Shown: one piece after another, positions 1 to 11,370 of the stretch
How the letters are laid out: each line of letters begins with the position of its first letter
Position numbering within the stretch: position 1 is the stretch's first letter
NCBI GenBank assembly: GCA_050014835.1
Contig: JBEKCO010000002.1
Coordinates: 3,133 to 67,132 of the forward strand
DNA length: 64,000 bases
Source of the DNA: Acidimicrobiales bacterium
GTDB lineage: Bacteria; Actinomycetota; Acidimicrobiia; Acidimicrobiales; Bog-793
Direction of reading: 5' to 3'
Program-made: the position numbers and the translations under genes
Notes under the pieces: model-generated
Told to the model about the DNA's origin: nothing
The model's input: only the letters and a program-made list of their open reading frames with translations
Databases searched by the model: none

Positions 1-51
1 GACCCGTCCCGTCCCGCGCCGGTGGCAGAACCCTGTGATGACGCTGCGCAT
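1..51 (-). CDS. 5' end of a hypothetical CDS that runs off the left edge
   Basis: ATG at 51..49 (minus) lies 7 nt downstream of AAGGAGG (rc of 59..65). The frame stays open to position 1 (MRSVITGFCHRRGTGRV...). It is absent from the ORF track because it has no stop in the window. Confidence 0.35.
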   Translation of the reverse strand, partial: MRSVITGFCHRRGTGRV

Positions 52-114
52 CTCGATGCCTCCTTGAGGAGTCGTCCGCCCGTGACGCCGAGGAGATTTC
101 CTTGGCCGGCGGAC

Positions 115-1539
115 CTAACAGCGGTCCGTCGTCATCGATGCGCGATCGCGCCCTCGAGGTCGTGTCTCCGAACCGCCGAGCGTCTCAGGCTCGGGGGTGA
201 CGATCGCGAGCCCGGACGTCCGCGCGTTCGTCCAATCGTCATCGACCAGCACGACGTCGCGTCCCATCCCGTCGAGGAGGCTGGCGGCGATCGAGGCGCG
301 GTACCCGCTTGCGCAGTGAATGGCCAGTCGGCCGGTCGGCAACTCGTCGAGGCGGGAGAGGATCTCGTGGATGGGGATGTGGACGGACCCCGGGAGGTGG
401 CCCCCCCGTCGCTCGTCGCGGCGACGGACGTCGACGACGACGAGATCCCGGGCGTTCGCGAGTTCAGCGAAGTCGATGACGGGGTAGCCGCGCAACGGTT
501 CGTCGGCCCCGAGGACCTCTGTCGTGCCGAACCACGCGCCGGCCGGGCGGTCGATCCCGATGCGGACGAGCTGTCGTTGCGCCTCGGCGACGTCATGCTC
601 GGTCCCGCCGATGAGCGTGAGCGGCATCCCCCAGGGGATCAACCAGCCGAGGTACGTGGCGAACGAGACATCGAGGGCGATGCTGACCGCCCCGGTGAGA
701 TGGGCGCGCGCGAACGCGACCCGGGACCGCAGGTCGACGACCCATTCGCCGCTGGCGATCCGCTTCCTTAACTCGCCGGGATCGACCCGGACGACGGCCG
801 AGAGATCCGCCGGCGCCGCGCCGGCGCGATTTCGCGCTCCCATGTGCGCGTAGTAGGCGGGGTAGGCGGTCAGCCCGGCGACGAGACGCGCGACGAAGGC
901 CTCTTCGTCCGGGCTCGTGAAGGCGTCGTTGTGGGCGCGTTCGGCGCCGATCGTGCTCGCGGTCGCCGTCGTCATGTTGCCGGACGAGCAGAAGCTCCCG
1001 AATCCGTGCGTCGGGTAGACGGGCACGTCATCGGCGAGGAGTTCACCGAGGTGGCGGGCGGAATGGAACTGCAGCCGGGCGAGGGTCTCGGTGTGGGCGC
1101 CGCCGAGCAGGTCGGTCCGTCCGACGCTGCCGAAAAGCAGCGATCCGCCGGTGAACGCGACGGGGGTGCTCCCGTCGTCAACGAGGTACGCGACGTGGTC
1201 GAAGGTGTGGCCGGGCGTCGCGACGACCCTCACGCGCAGGCTTCCGGCGACGAACTCATCCCCGTCGTTGACGTCGCGTCTTGCGAACGGGAGCCTCTCG
1301 CCGTGGGCGAGGAGGTAGTCGGCGCCCCATCGTCCGGCGAGGTCGAGTCCGCCCGAGACGTAGTCGTTGTGGACGTGGGTCTCGGCCACGAACGCGCAGC
1401 GGAGCCGGTGCGCGGTGAGCAGCCCCTCGATGCGGTCGATGTCTCGCTGCGGATCGACGACGACCGCCGTCGCGCCGTCGTGGGCGACGTAGCTCCGGTC
1501 CCCGAGTTCGGGGGTCTCGACGACTTCGACGTTGACCAC
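115..1539 (-). CDS. MBL-fold metallo-hydrolase fused to rhodanese domains
   Basis: ORF 115..1755 contains HVHNDYVSGG (HxHxDH-type metallo-beta-lactamase motif) and C-terminal rhodanese-like segments (CASGYRASIAAS). The likely start is GTG 1539, preceded by GAGGAGGG. The first 72 codons of the track ORF are Pro/Arg-rich and look non-coding. Confidence 0.85.
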   Translation of the reverse strand: MVNVEVVETPELGDRSYVAHDGATAVVVDPQRDIDRIEGLLTAHRLRCAFVAETHVHNDYVSGGLDLAGRWGADYLLAHGERLPFARRDVNDGDEFVAGSLRVRVVATPGHTFDHVAYLVDDGSTPVAFTGGSLLFGSVGRTDLLGGAHTETLARLQFHSARHLGELLADDVPVYPTHGFGSFCSSGNMTTATASTIGAERAHNDAFTSPDEEAFVARLVAGLTAYPAYYAHMGARNRAGAAPADLSAVVRVDPGELRKRIASGEWVVDLRSRVAFARAHLTGAVSIALDVSFATYLGWLIPWGMPLTLIGGTEHDVAEAQRQLVRIGIDRPAGAWFGTTEVLGADEPLRGYPVIDFAELANARDLVVVDVRRRDERRGGHLPGSVHIPIHEILSRLDELPTGRLAIHCASGYRASIAASLLDGMGRDVVLVDDDWTNARTSGLAIVTPEPETLGGSETRPRGRDRASMTTDRC

Positions 1540-1718
1540 GTAGCGCCCTCCTCGCTGTGCCGGGAACCAGGGTAACGGCGCGATCGCCGATGCTTGCCCC
1601 GGGGGCCCCAATCGGGCTCGCCCGGGTGCGGTTGGTACGCTCCGCGGACGGCTGAAGCCGCCGCGGCGCGTGCGCTGAGGCACGGCGCCGGGCGCTTGTG
1701 CGAGGTGGAGGGGCGCCG

Positions 1719-3152
1719 ATGGAGGAACCCGGGGTGGCCGCGATGCGGGCGACACGGGGGGACCCGGCGCGGGCGATCGGCCGACTCCGCGGCACCTACG
1801 CCAGCGGCGTCACCCGCCCGTTGTCGTGGCGGCACTCCCAGCTCGCCCGGCTTCGTCGACTCGTGACCGCGGGCGAGGTCCGGCTCGTGGAAGCGCTCGC
1901 GGCAGATCTCGGCAAACCTGCCCATGAGGGCTGGTTGACGGATCTCGCCTTCGTCACCGGCGAGATCGATTACACCGCGCGTCACCTCGGGCGCTGGATG
2001 CGCGACGAGCGTGTACGGGTGCCGTTTGTGTTGCGGCCGGATCGGGCGCGGATCGTGCGCGAGCCACTCGGGGTCGTGCTCGTTGTCGCAGCTTGGAACT
2101 ACCCGATCCAGCTCTCGCTCGCGCCGGTCGTCGGCGCGCTCGCGGCGGGGAACTGCGTCGCGATCAAACCGTCGGAGCTCGCACCGGCGACGTCGCGCGC
2201 GCTCGCCGAGCTCGCCGCGGAGCACCTTGACGACGGCGCGGTCGCCGTGGTCGAGGGAGGGCCGGAAGTCGTCGGGGCCGCGCTCGATGCCGGCATCGAC
2301 CACCTCTTCTTCACCGGGGGCGAGGCGACCGGCCGGCTCGTTCTCGAGGCGGCTGCGCCGACCCTCACCCCCGTGACGCTTGAGCTCGGCGGCAAGAACC
2401 CGGCGGTCATCGTGGCCGACGCGGATCTCGCCGTTGCGGCGCGCCGTGTGGCTTGGGGGCGATTCCTCAACGCGGGTCAGACGTGCGTCTCGCCCGACTA
2501 CGTGCTCGTCGAGCGCGGGATCGCCGATCCGTTCCTCGACGCGCTCCGCACGGCGATTGCCTCCTTCTACGGGCCCGACGCCAGGTCGAGCCGGGACTAC
2601 GCGCGTATCGTCGACGACCGCCATTTCGCGCGGCTCACCCGGCTGCTCGAGACCCACGGCGGCGAGCTCGTCGTTGGGGGAGAGGCGGATCCGGCGGCCC
2701 GTTATGTCGCGCCGACGGTCGTGCGCGACCCATCGTGGGACTCGCCGCTCATGGCGGAGGAGGTCTTCGGCCCGATCCTGGCGGTCATCGCCGTGGACGA
2801 TCTGGAGGACGCTCTGCACCGGATCGCCTCGCGACCCGATCCGCTCGCCCTCTACGTCTTCTCCGCGAGCCGGCGGACGGTGCGCGAGGTGATCGCCCGC
2901 ACCCGCTCGGGCGGCGTGTGCGTGAACGGGACGGTCCTGCAGATCGCCGTGCCGCAGCTTCCCTTCGGCGGCGTCGGTCACTCCGGGATCGGCGCGTACC
3001 ACGGCCGGACGGGATTCGAACGTCTGAGTCATCGCCGCGGTGTGCTCGTCCGGCCGCGGCGCCTCGACGTGCCGTTGCTCTACCCGCCGTATCGGCCGGC
3101 GAAGATCCGGCTCGTCCGCTTCGTGGAGCGCTGGTCCCGGGCCCCCCGCTGA
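1719..3152 (+). CDS. aldehyde dehydrogenase family protein (ALDH3-like)
   Basis: ORF 1698..3152 has ELGGKNP and EEVFGPIL type ALDH motifs. ATG 1719 follows GGTGGAGGGG. The gene is divergent from the MBL gene. Confidence 0.9.
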   Translation: MEEPGVAAMRATRGDPARAIGRLRGTYASGVTRPLSWRHSQLARLRRLVTAGEVRLVEALAADLGKPAHEGWLTDLAFVTGEIDYTARHLGRWMRDERVRVPFVLRPDRARIVREPLGVVLVVAAWNYPIQLSLAPVVGALAAGNCVAIKPSELAPATSRALAELAAEHLDDGAVAVVEGGPEVVGAALDAGIDHLFFTGGEATGRLVLEAAAPTLTPVTLELGGKNPAVIVADADLAVAARRVAWGRFLNAGQTCVSPDYVLVERGIADPFLDALRTAIASFYGPDARSSRDYARIVDDRHFARLTRLLETHGGELVVGGEADPAARYVAPTVVRDPSWDSPLMAEEVFGPILAVIAVDDLEDALHRIASRPDPLALYVFSASRRTVREVIARTRSGGVCVNGTVLQIAVPQLPFGGVGHSGIGAYHGRTGFERLSHRRGVLVRPRRLDVPLLYPPYRPAKIRLVRFVERWSRAPR

Positions 3153-3185
3153 GTGGGCGCGAACCGGACTCGGCCGGCGGGCCGG

Positions 3186-4313
3186 TCAGGGCGTGATCGC
3201 GCCGCGGTTCGCCGCGGTGGTGTTGAGGACGAGTTCGACCCAGGTGCGTCCGGGCTGGAGGTCGACCGGCTGCCCGGCCGTCGACGTGTAGGTCGTGATC
3301 GACGAGGGCGAGGCGCGGTGCCAGATGACGGGGATCTCCTCGCCGTCGCGCAGGACCCAGCCCCGTCCGGTGCCGACGGTCTGGCTCTCGACGTCGCCCG
3401 AGTTGGGTTCGGGGTCCTCGCTGTCCGGGCCGATCGTGTAGTGCACGATCTGGACGACGACGTTCGTCGTCGTGACGGGCTGGTCCGTGAGGGCATCGAC
3501 GTCGGTCACACCGGAGTAGGTGTGGACCCACTGTCCCGTCGAGGCGTCCCACTGCCAGACGACGTCCGTTCCCTCGGAGAAGTTGATCGCGAACGATGAG
3601 GTCGGCTTGGCCCCGGCGGGCAATGGAGCAGTTGTGTAGTCGAAGATCGGCTGTGGTGCCGCGTGGTGGCCGAAAAGTTTCCACAGCGTCGTCGGCGACG
3701 CGTAGGTCGCGTCGGGCATCGTGCGGTCGGGGTTCTGCTCGTACGCCCCGTAGCGGACGAACTCGTTGGCGTTGTCGATGAACTTCAGGGAGGCGACGGT
3801 GTCCTGGTTCGGCTGGATCCCTCCGGCGTAGGCGAGCTCGACGTGCGAGAAATCCTGGAGGACGTGCCAGTCGACCCAGCGGACGGACCGGACTGGGCCG
3901 ACGAGCGCGGGAGCCTCGCACTGGAAGATGGCGATGTAGCGCTGGACGCCCCCCTCGGCCGGCGTGTCATAGACGATGTCGGCCTCGTTGAGGCCGCTCT
4001 GGGGACGGGCGGCGGGCTCGTTGCCGATCTTCACGGCGAGCGGCTCGCGCTGCGGGGCCTTCCCGTTCGGTGCGGGGAGGTCGGTGAGGGGGCACTTCGT
4101 CGAGACGACCGTCGTGTGGTGGTGGTGGTGCTTCCCGGACGCGCTCGGAGTCTTGTTCTGGCTTGTGGCGACGATCGTCGCGATCGCGGCCACGACGGCG
4201 AGCACGATGATCACGGCCGCGATGACGCGTCCTTTCCGCAAACTGCGCACGTACGCGCGCAAGCTCATCTGGCGGCGGCGGGACTTCTGTCGATGGGCAG
4301 GCACGGTCTGCAC
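3186..4313 (-). CDS. DUF3048-like secreted or membrane-anchored protein
   Basis: There is an N-terminal TM helix (VIAAVIIVLAVVAAIATIVA) and a His5 run. GLNEADIVYDTPAEGGVQRYIAIF resembles the DUF3048 (YerB-like) core as I recall it. Confidence 0.75.
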   Translation of the reverse strand: MQTVPAHRQKSRRRQMSLRAYVRSLRKGRVIAAVIIVLAVVAAIATIVATSQNKTPSASGKHHHHHTTVVSTKCPLTDLPAPNGKAPQREPLAVKIGNEPAARPQSGLNEADIVYDTPAEGGVQRYIAIFQCEAPALVGPVRSVRWVDWHVLQDFSHVELAYAGGIQPNQDTVASLKFIDNANEFVRYGAYEQNPDRTMPDATYASPTTLWKLFGHHAAPQPIFDYTTAPLPAGAKPTSSFAINFSEGTDVVWQWDASTGQWVHTYSGVTDVDALTDQPVTTTNVVVQIVHYTIGPDSEDPEPNSGDVESQTVGTGRGWVLRDGEEIPVIWHRASPSSITTYTSTAGQPVDLQPGRTWVELVLNTTAANRGAITP

Positions 4314-4428
4314 GGTAGCGGTTCGGACGCTTCCGGTGTTGGCTTTGCGCGGTCCGCAACAACGGAGGTGAGGACGGAGGTGAGGACGTGGTAGGCGGGC
4401 CTTCGCGTCTTAGGCGCGGCGCGCGTCG

Positions 4429-5544
<1,116 letters not shown>

Positions 5545-5637
5545 GGTTCTCCTTCAGACATCGCCCAGCCCGCATCGTGCCAGGGGGCACCCGGCGCGGC
5601 AAGTAGCCCGGGGACGGGCGCGTCGGCGTTCGGTCGT

Positions 5638-8118
5638 TCAGGGGGTCGTGTCGAGGGTTTCGAGCAAGGCGCGCGTCTCGAGTGAGGGCTCGCCGGCACC
5701 GATCCGTTCGAGGGCGTTCTCGAGTTCGAGGAACACCCCCCGCACGCCGTCGGTGTCGTCCTCGGCGGCGGCGACGGCCATGAGGTCGCGGGCGAGGATC
5801 TCGGAACTCGCGTCGACGAGCCGGCCGCGCCCGATCGCCCAGCGGGCGAGCTCGAAACGGTCCGACGCCAGCGCGAGCGAGGCGAGGTGATGGGCGCCGT
5901 CGACGATCTCGGCGGCGCAAGCCTCGTCGAGCGATTCGGCGCCGAACCAGGAGTAGCCCGCGACGACGCCGCCGAGCGGTGGCCCTTCGACGAGGCCGAG
6001 CGCGCCGACGAGGAGGACCTCGGCGGCGTCGGGTTCGGCGCTGGGCGCCGAGGCGAAGGCGCGCCGTGCCCGCACCGCGTCGCAGGTGACCGAGGGGTCG
6101 AGGAGGAGCTCCTCGCCGCGCCGCGCGAGCAGGGCCCGCCCGTCAGGACCGGGGCCGAGGGCCGCGCGTGCCGCGCTCGCGACGTGGTCGATCCGACTCC
6201 GGCGGACGGCGGGCGCCGAACGGGCGAAGAGCGCGTCGGCGGCCGCGTCGAGGGTCACCCGCCCGTCGTGGAGCGTGAGGAACGCGAGGAGCTCGATGAC
6301 GCGGGCGGTGTCCCGGTCGCCGACATCCCGAGTCGGCCCGACGAGAACGGGTGCCGGGCTGAGCAATCGCACCTCGATCGCCCCGGCCACCGGGACGTCG
6401 GTGAGGCGGGCGCGGTCGGTGGCGAGCCCCGGGCGGATCGGCACGATCATTGCCGGGCGACGGGCCTCGGCGAGGAGCCCGTCGAGGAGGTCGAACTGCC
6501 CGCTCGACGGGGTGACCGCGGTGAGCTCAATCCCGTAGGGAAAAAGCGTCGCATGGTCACTCGCGACCGCGAGCCGCTCGGTGCCGCGACTCCCCGGGGC
6601 CACGATCCCGGCGATCGCGCCGGCGGCGGCGAGGACACGCTCGCATTCGGGGCTGGTCGCGTCGCGGCCGACCACGACGAGCGGGTCGGGCCGTCCGTGA
6701 TCGATGGGACGGGGCTCAGGCCCGAGGGCGTCCGCCGTGGCGAGATCGGTGAGGACGGCCCGGGTTGCGGAGCTGAGCTGGTAGCACCGCTCGTCCGGCG
6801 GCGGGGGGTCGATGCCGACGAGCTCGACCGCGAGCTGCTCGGCCCACGGCACGGTGCGGAGCGACGCGACGAGGGCGCCGAGCGTCCGGTCGACGAGCTC
6901 GTCGGGTCCGTCGATCCCGAGTCGCCGACCGCGACCGAGGACGAGCAGATACGACGCGTGCTCGTCGTCACCGAGCGGGAGGAGCGGCTGGACGAGGCGG
7001 CCGCTGTCGGCGGCGAACGGTGCGAAGTCCTCCGGCTCGACCGCCGGGTCGAGCCGCCACCAGCGGCCGGCGCGCCGGGGGACGAAGGGCCACGGTGCCT
7101 CCGGCCGCGGGGTGGCAAGAAGGAGCTCGACCCCGTCGGGACCGGCGCGCACGAGCCGGACGTCGGGCGGCGCGACGTCGTCGTCGTGGACGAGCCGCCA
7201 GAGCAGGCGATCCGCGAGGTCGATCCAGTCGATGAGCGGCGCGTCGGCGAAGGGCTCGAGCGCGGCCCGCGTCTCGGCGACCGGCCGGGCGCTTGGACCG
7301 CGACGCTCGCCGTAGTGCCGCGCGCTCGAGCCGGTGCGGCGCAGATTGCGGACGCGCCGCGCGAGCGCGCAGGTCGTGACGACCCCGAGCCCGACGAGGG
7401 CGAGCTCGGCGAGGCGCCGGTCGAGCGGGGAGGCCGGGGGTGGGGCCGCCTCTCGCGCGTGGGGGACGCCGACCGCCGCCGAGCCGGCGCCGGCCGGCAG
7501 GTTGAGACGCCAGCCGGCGTGCAGCCGGGCGGGGTCGAGCATGCGCGTCCCGTCGGTCTGCAGCTGGCCGAGATTGAGATGGGCGAGCAGCGGCCAGTCG
7601 TCGACGCACCCGGTCGTGCGGATGGCCACGTCGGCGATGCATTCATCGCGCTCGACGGTGACGGTCGGGCGCGCCTGGCGGGCGGGACGGTGGTTGGGGA
7701 CCGGGCGCGAGTCGATGGGCAGTGCCGCCCGGGCGGTCGCGACCGCGACGGGTGGCACGCGGCTGAACCCAGAGGCCACGAGCGGTGTCCCGGCGGTCGC
7801 GAGCAGGATCAGCCCAGCAATCGCGGCGGCCCATCGTGTCGACCACGTGTTCGAGTCGATCGTCTCGCCGCGTCGCAGTGCGCCGCGGATCTCCCGGGCG
7901 AGATTGGCGGTCGCGACCGCCCAGAGCATCCCGACGACGACGACCGCGAGGTGGGCCCAGACCGACACCGACCGCGTGGCGGCGAGGTTCACGAGGTGTA
8001 CCGGCAAGGGCGCGAGCAGCCAGAGTCGGGCGAGCGCGAGTGGCACTCCGACGACGAGGACAGCGGACTTCGCGAGCGCGGCGAGACCCGCTCGGGATGC
8101 CGTCGTTCGCGTGCTCAT
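5638..8118 (-). CDS. membrane protein with LysM-like segment and C-terminal BTAD (SARP/AfsR-type activator) domain
   Basis: ORF 5638..8220. The probable start ATG 8118 overlaps the upstream stop as ATGA. N-terminal hydrophobic helices are present. The C-terminal ~150 aa resembles a bacterial transcriptional activator domain (…ARWAIGRGRLVDASSEILARDLMAVAAA…EPSLETRALLETL). Confidence 0.7.
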   Translation of the reverse strand: MSTRTTASRAGLAALAKSAVLVVGVPLALARLWLLAPLPVHLVNLAATRSVSVWAHLAVVVVGMLWAVATANLAREIRGALRRGETIDSNTWSTRWAAAIAGLILLATAGTPLVASGFSRVPPVAVATARAALPIDSRPVPNHRPARQARPTVTVERDECIADVAIRTTGCVDDWPLLAHLNLGQLQTDGTRMLDPARLHAGWRLNLPAGAGSAAVGVPHAREAAPPPASPLDRRLAELALVGLGVVTTCALARRVRNLRRTGSSARHYGERRGPSARPVAETRAALEPFADAPLIDWIDLADRLLWRLVHDDDVAPPDVRLVRAGPDGVELLLATPRPEAPWPFVPRRAGRWWRLDPAVEPEDFAPFAADSGRLVQPLLPLGDDEHASYLLVLGRGRRLGIDGPDELVDRTLGALVASLRTVPWAEQLAVELVGIDPPPPDERCYQLSSATRAVLTDLATADALGPEPRPIDHGRPDPLVVVGRDATSPECERVLAAAGAIAGIVAPGSRGTERLAVASDHATLFPYGIELTAVTPSSGQFDLLDGLLAEARRPAMIVPIRPGLATDRARLTDVPVAGAIEVRLLSPAPVLVGPTRDVGDRDTARVIELLAFLTLHDGRVTLDAAADALFARSAPAVRRSRIDHVASAARAALGPGPDGRALLARRGEELLLDPSVTCDAVRARRAFASAPSAEPDAAEVLLVGALGLVEGPPLGGVVAGYSWFGAESLDEACAAEIVDGAHHLASLALASDRFELARWAIGRGRLVDASSEILARDLMAVAAAEDDTDGVRGVFLELENALERIGAGEPSLETRALLETLDTTP

Positions 8119-8873
8119 CGGCCGACCGAAGCCGCCGGTCCGGTCCCCGGCACCTGAACGTCGAGCGTGTAGTCGACCGCGCCGCGCTGGCCCGGGCTGA
8201 GGGCGATCGACACCGTGCACGTTCCGGGGCGTCCGTCGACGACGAGCGAGATCCCGTGCGTGCCGCCTCCCGAGGTGACGGCCGCCCCGCAGCCGAGCGT
8301 CATCTCGAGCGCCTGTCCTCCGAGCCAGGTGGCGCGCACCGCGGCGAGGCCGTTCGAAGAGGTGAAGGGGAACGAGGTCGCGATGTCGGCGGGATAGCGG
8401 AGTTCGCCGGACAGCGGTGTTGGCGTCGCTGTACCCGCCGCGAGGCTCTTCGGCGCCGACGGGCGTGGGCCGGGCAAGGTCGTCGAGGTCGTGACGGTCG
8501 TGACCGGGGCGGTGACTTCGATCGGATTCGTCGGCTCCGGCGCGCTCTGCGTCGATCCCGGGTCCGTCCGGACGTGGTCGCGGACGTGTTTGTGCACCAC
8601 CGGGACCGTCGTCGAGGACGTCTCGGGCAGTGAAGCGGTCTGGTGGGCCGGTTTCGTCGCCGCGAGATGGCGTGGTGGGGCGACGGAGACGCGGGCCACG
8701 ACGGTGAGCACCGTCGCGACGACGAGGCCGAGGGCGATCCAGGCGACGAGGTCCCGGCGCCGCCGCGGGTTCGCCGTTGCCGCGCCCGGTCGGCCCGAGG
8801 GCGCCGCCGCACCGGCCCGGCGCGGCGCGCGGGCCCCCTGCGGAGCTCGGTCGTCATGGGGAGCGATCGACAT
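8115..8873 (-). CDS. hypothetical membrane-anchored, Pro/Thr-rich protein
   Basis: ATG 8873 is preceded by GGAGGAACC. There is one TM helix (LVAWIALGLVVATVLTVVA). The stop is interlocked (ATGA) with the downstream 826-aa gene. Confidence 0.6.
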   Translation of the reverse strand: MSIAPHDDRAPQGARAPRRAGAAAPSGRPGAATANPRRRRDLVAWIALGLVVATVLTVVARVSVAPPRHLAATKPAHQTASLPETSSTTVPVVHKHVRDHVRTDPGSTQSAPEPTNPIEVTAPVTTVTTSTTLPGPRPSAPKSLAAGTATPTPLSGELRYPADIATSFPFTSSNGLAAVRATWLGGQALEMTLGCGAAVTSGGGTHGISLVVDGRPGTCTVSIALSPGQRGAVDYTLDVQVPGTGPAASVGR

Positions 8874-9087
8874 GGTTCCTCCGGGCGGGCGCGGTCGCGA
8901 CCCGGGCGCGGACCAAGGCCACGTTGTGCCTCGTCGTTCCCGTTGCACCTCCCGCTACGCTGAGACGCCGCCCCGGGGGCGGGAACATCCCCGGCCCCGG
9001 TGCTGTTGAACCGGGAAAGCGGACCGCGGCAGATGCGAGGACGACACATCGTGCGGGACGGTCCGTTCCGACCGACGAGGAGGCGCG

Positions 9088-10074
9088 GTGCCAGCGGTGA
9101 CGGTCGATGACCTGCTCGTTCCGCCGCGTCTTGACCCCGTCGACCTGTCGATGGGCGCGGAACGGCCGGTTCGGACGGTGACGGTTGCGCCGCGGGGTTT
9201 CGAGGGAGAGGGCTTTCCCGTCCGACGTGCCTTCGCCGGCGTTGCGCATTCCGAACTCGATCCGTTCGTCCACATGGACCAGATGGGGGAGGTTGAGTAC
9301 GCCCCCGGCGAGGCGAAAGGCACTCCCTGGCATCCCCACCGTGGCTTCGAGACGGTGACGTACATGATCGACGGGACCTTCCGCCATCGGGACTCGCACG
9401 GCGGAGGGGGCCTTATCACGAACGGCGACACCCAGTGGATGACGGCGGGCGCGGGGATCCTTCACATCGAGGCGCCGCCGGAGGAGCTCGTCGCTGCAGG
9501 TGGCCTGTTCCACGGGATCCAGCTCTGGGTGAACCTGCCGTCGGCGGACAAGTGGATCGCGCCGAAGTACCAGGACATCGGCCGTCGGAACGTCGCGCTC
9601 GTCACGTCCCCCGACGCCGGCGCGCTCGTCCGGATCATCGCCGGTGAGGTCGGGGGCTACCGGGGACCGGGCACGACGCACACACCGATCAGCCTCGTGC
9701 ACGCCACGATCGAACCGGGGGCGATGCTCCGTCTGCCGTGGCCGGTGGGGTACAACGCGCTCGTCTACGTGCTTTCCGGACGGGGAACCGTCTCGAGCGC
9801 CACCCGACCGATCGAGTCAGGCGAGCTTGCCGTGTTCGGTCACGGCGATTACCTGGAGGTCGCGGCGGGCCAGCACCAGGACGCGCGCAGCCCGAAACTC
9901 GACGTCCTCGTGCTCGGCGGCGCGCCGATCGGCGAACCGGTCGCCTGGTACGGACCCTTCGTCATGAACACCGACTCGGAGATTAGGCAGGCCTTCGAGG
10001 ACTACCGCCACGGCCGCATGGGCGAGATCCCCGCGGTTCCCGCCGGCGAAGACTCGTCGGGGGGCGATCGCTAG
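9088..10074 (+). CDS. pirin family protein
   Basis: GFPVRRAFAG and HPHRGFETVTYMIDG are bicupin pirin motifs. GTG start after GAGGAGG. Confidence 0.9.
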   Translation: MPAVTVDDLLVPPRLDPVDLSMGAERPVRTVTVAPRGFEGEGFPVRRAFAGVAHSELDPFVHMDQMGEVEYAPGEAKGTPWHPHRGFETVTYMIDGTFRHRDSHGGGGLITNGDTQWMTAGAGILHIEAPPEELVAAGGLFHGIQLWVNLPSADKWIAPKYQDIGRRNVALVTSPDAGALVRIIAGEVGGYRGPGTTHTPISLVHATIEPGAMLRLPWPVGYNALVYVLSGRGTVSSATRPIESGELAVFGHGDYLEVAAGQHQDARSPKLDVLVLGGAPIGEPVAWYGPFVMNTDSEIRQAFEDYRHGRMGEIPAVPAGEDSSGGDR

Positions 10075-11102
10075 TCGGTGAAGATGTTCGCGACGCGATC
10101 GATGAGATCGCGCGGAACGCGCTTCAGCTCGTCGATCGCCTGGGCGAAGGTGACGCGCTCGATCTGCTGAGCGTGCAGGGCGACCATCGTGCCGAAGGCG
10201 CCGTCGTGGGCCGCGTCGACCGCAGCGACACCGAAGCGCGTGGCGAGCACGCGGTCGAACGCCGTCGGGGTGCCGCCGCGTTGGAGGTGGCCGAGGATCG
10301 TGACGCGGGACTCGAAACCGGTTCGGGACTCGATCTCGCGGGCGACGATCGAGCTGATGCCGCCGAGTCTCTCGTGGTCGTAGCGGTCCACCTCGGCGGG
10401 CGGAAGGTCGATCGTGCCCTTGATGGGCTTCGCCCCTTCGGCGATGACGACGATGGAGGCGAAGCGACCCTTCGAGTGCCGCCGGATCAGGTGGGCGCAG
10501 GTCTGTTCGATGTCGAAGAGTTCCTCGGGCGCGATGACGACCGCGGCACCGCCGGCCAGGCCGGCGTAGACGGCGATCCAGCCGACCTCGCGGCCCATCA
10601 CCTCGCAGACGATCACTCGACCGTGTGATTCCGCCGTCGTGTGGAGACGGTCGATGGCGTCGACCGCGATCTGGACCGCGGTGTCGAAGCCGATCGTGTA
10701 GTCGGTCGCGTTGACGTCGTTGTCGATCGTCTTCGGGATGCCGACGACGGGAATGCCGAGATCGGACACCTCTCGGGCGATGCGGAGCGAACCCTCACCG
10801 CCGATCGCGATGAGCGCGTCGATGTGCCGGTGCGCGATTGTCTCGGCGATCCGTTCCGTGTCCGTGGCGGACTTGAACGGATTGAACCGCGACGTCGCGA
10901 GGATCGTCCCGCCCCGGGGAAGGATCCCCCGGCACACCGCCACGTCGAGCGGCATCGCGTCGTCCTCGACGACGCCCTGCCAGCCGTCATGGAACCCGAC
11001 GATGTCGTCGCGGTAGGTGACCGAGGCGCGACGGACGATCGCCCTGATGGCCGCGTTGAGGCCGGGACAGTCTCCGCCGCCGGTAAGGACTCCTAGACGC
11101 AA
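10071..11102 (-). CDS. pfkA: 6-phosphofructokinase (ATP- or PPi-dependent)
   Basis: MRLGVLTGGGDCPGLNAAIRAIV, IGGEGSL and PKTIDNDV motifs. 343 aa. Confidence 0.93.
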   Translation of the reverse strand: MRLGVLTGGGDCPGLNAAIRAIVRRASVTYRDDIVGFHDGWQGVVEDDAMPLDVAVCRGILPRGGTILATSRFNPFKSATDTERIAETIAHRHIDALIAIGGEGSLRIAREVSDLGIPVVGIPKTIDNDVNATDYTIGFDTAVQIAVDAIDRLHTTAESHGRVIVCEVMGREVGWIAVYAGLAGGAAVVIAPEELFDIEQTCAHLIRRHSKGRFASIVVIAEGAKPIKGTIDLPPAEVDRYDHERLGGISSIVAREIESRTGFESRVTILGHLQRGGTPTAFDRVLATRFGVAAVDAAHDGAFGTMVALHAQQIERVTFAQAIDELKRVPRDLIDRVANIFTD

Positions 11103-11370
11103 TGCTCCCCAACCTCCGCCACGTGAGTTCCCAAAAGACGTTCCACGTCCCTACGCCGACCGCCGAAACTCCGTCCGGCGACAACCTTACTGGTCGGCGG
11201 GACACCGTCGGAACCAACGATGATCGCCCCGCGTCCACCCGGCCCGTCCGCCGGCCAGGTAAGAGCACGCCCCAGTACGATCGGTTCCGTCGGCGCCCCG
11301 GCACCCGCGCGTGCCGCGGTGTGGCCTGGTGGCGGGAAATCCCGGCGACACAAGAGCGGGGCAGGAGACG

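Noticed and set aside
3009-3030. GGGATTCGAACG, a T-arm-like string suggesting a tRNA.
   Set aside because: It lies inside the ALDH reading frame (…RTGFERLSH…) with no flanking cloverleaf elements.
1230-3032. A 600-aa minus-strand ORF antisense to the ALDH gene. Similar long ORFs occur at 5887..8157 (+), 13369..14745 (+), 25249..26757 (-), 27618..29300 (-), 38605..40071 (-), 41380..43239 (-) and 45027..46769 (+).
   Set aside because: They are typical high-GC shadow ORFs. Their translations are Arg/Pro/Gly/Asp-rich with no motifs, and each lies opposite a gene with clear family signatures.
4116-4130. The (GTG)5 trinucleotide repeat.
   Set aside because: It encodes the His5 run of the DUF3048-like protein on the minus strand. 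It is short and in-frame, with no evidence of phase variation.
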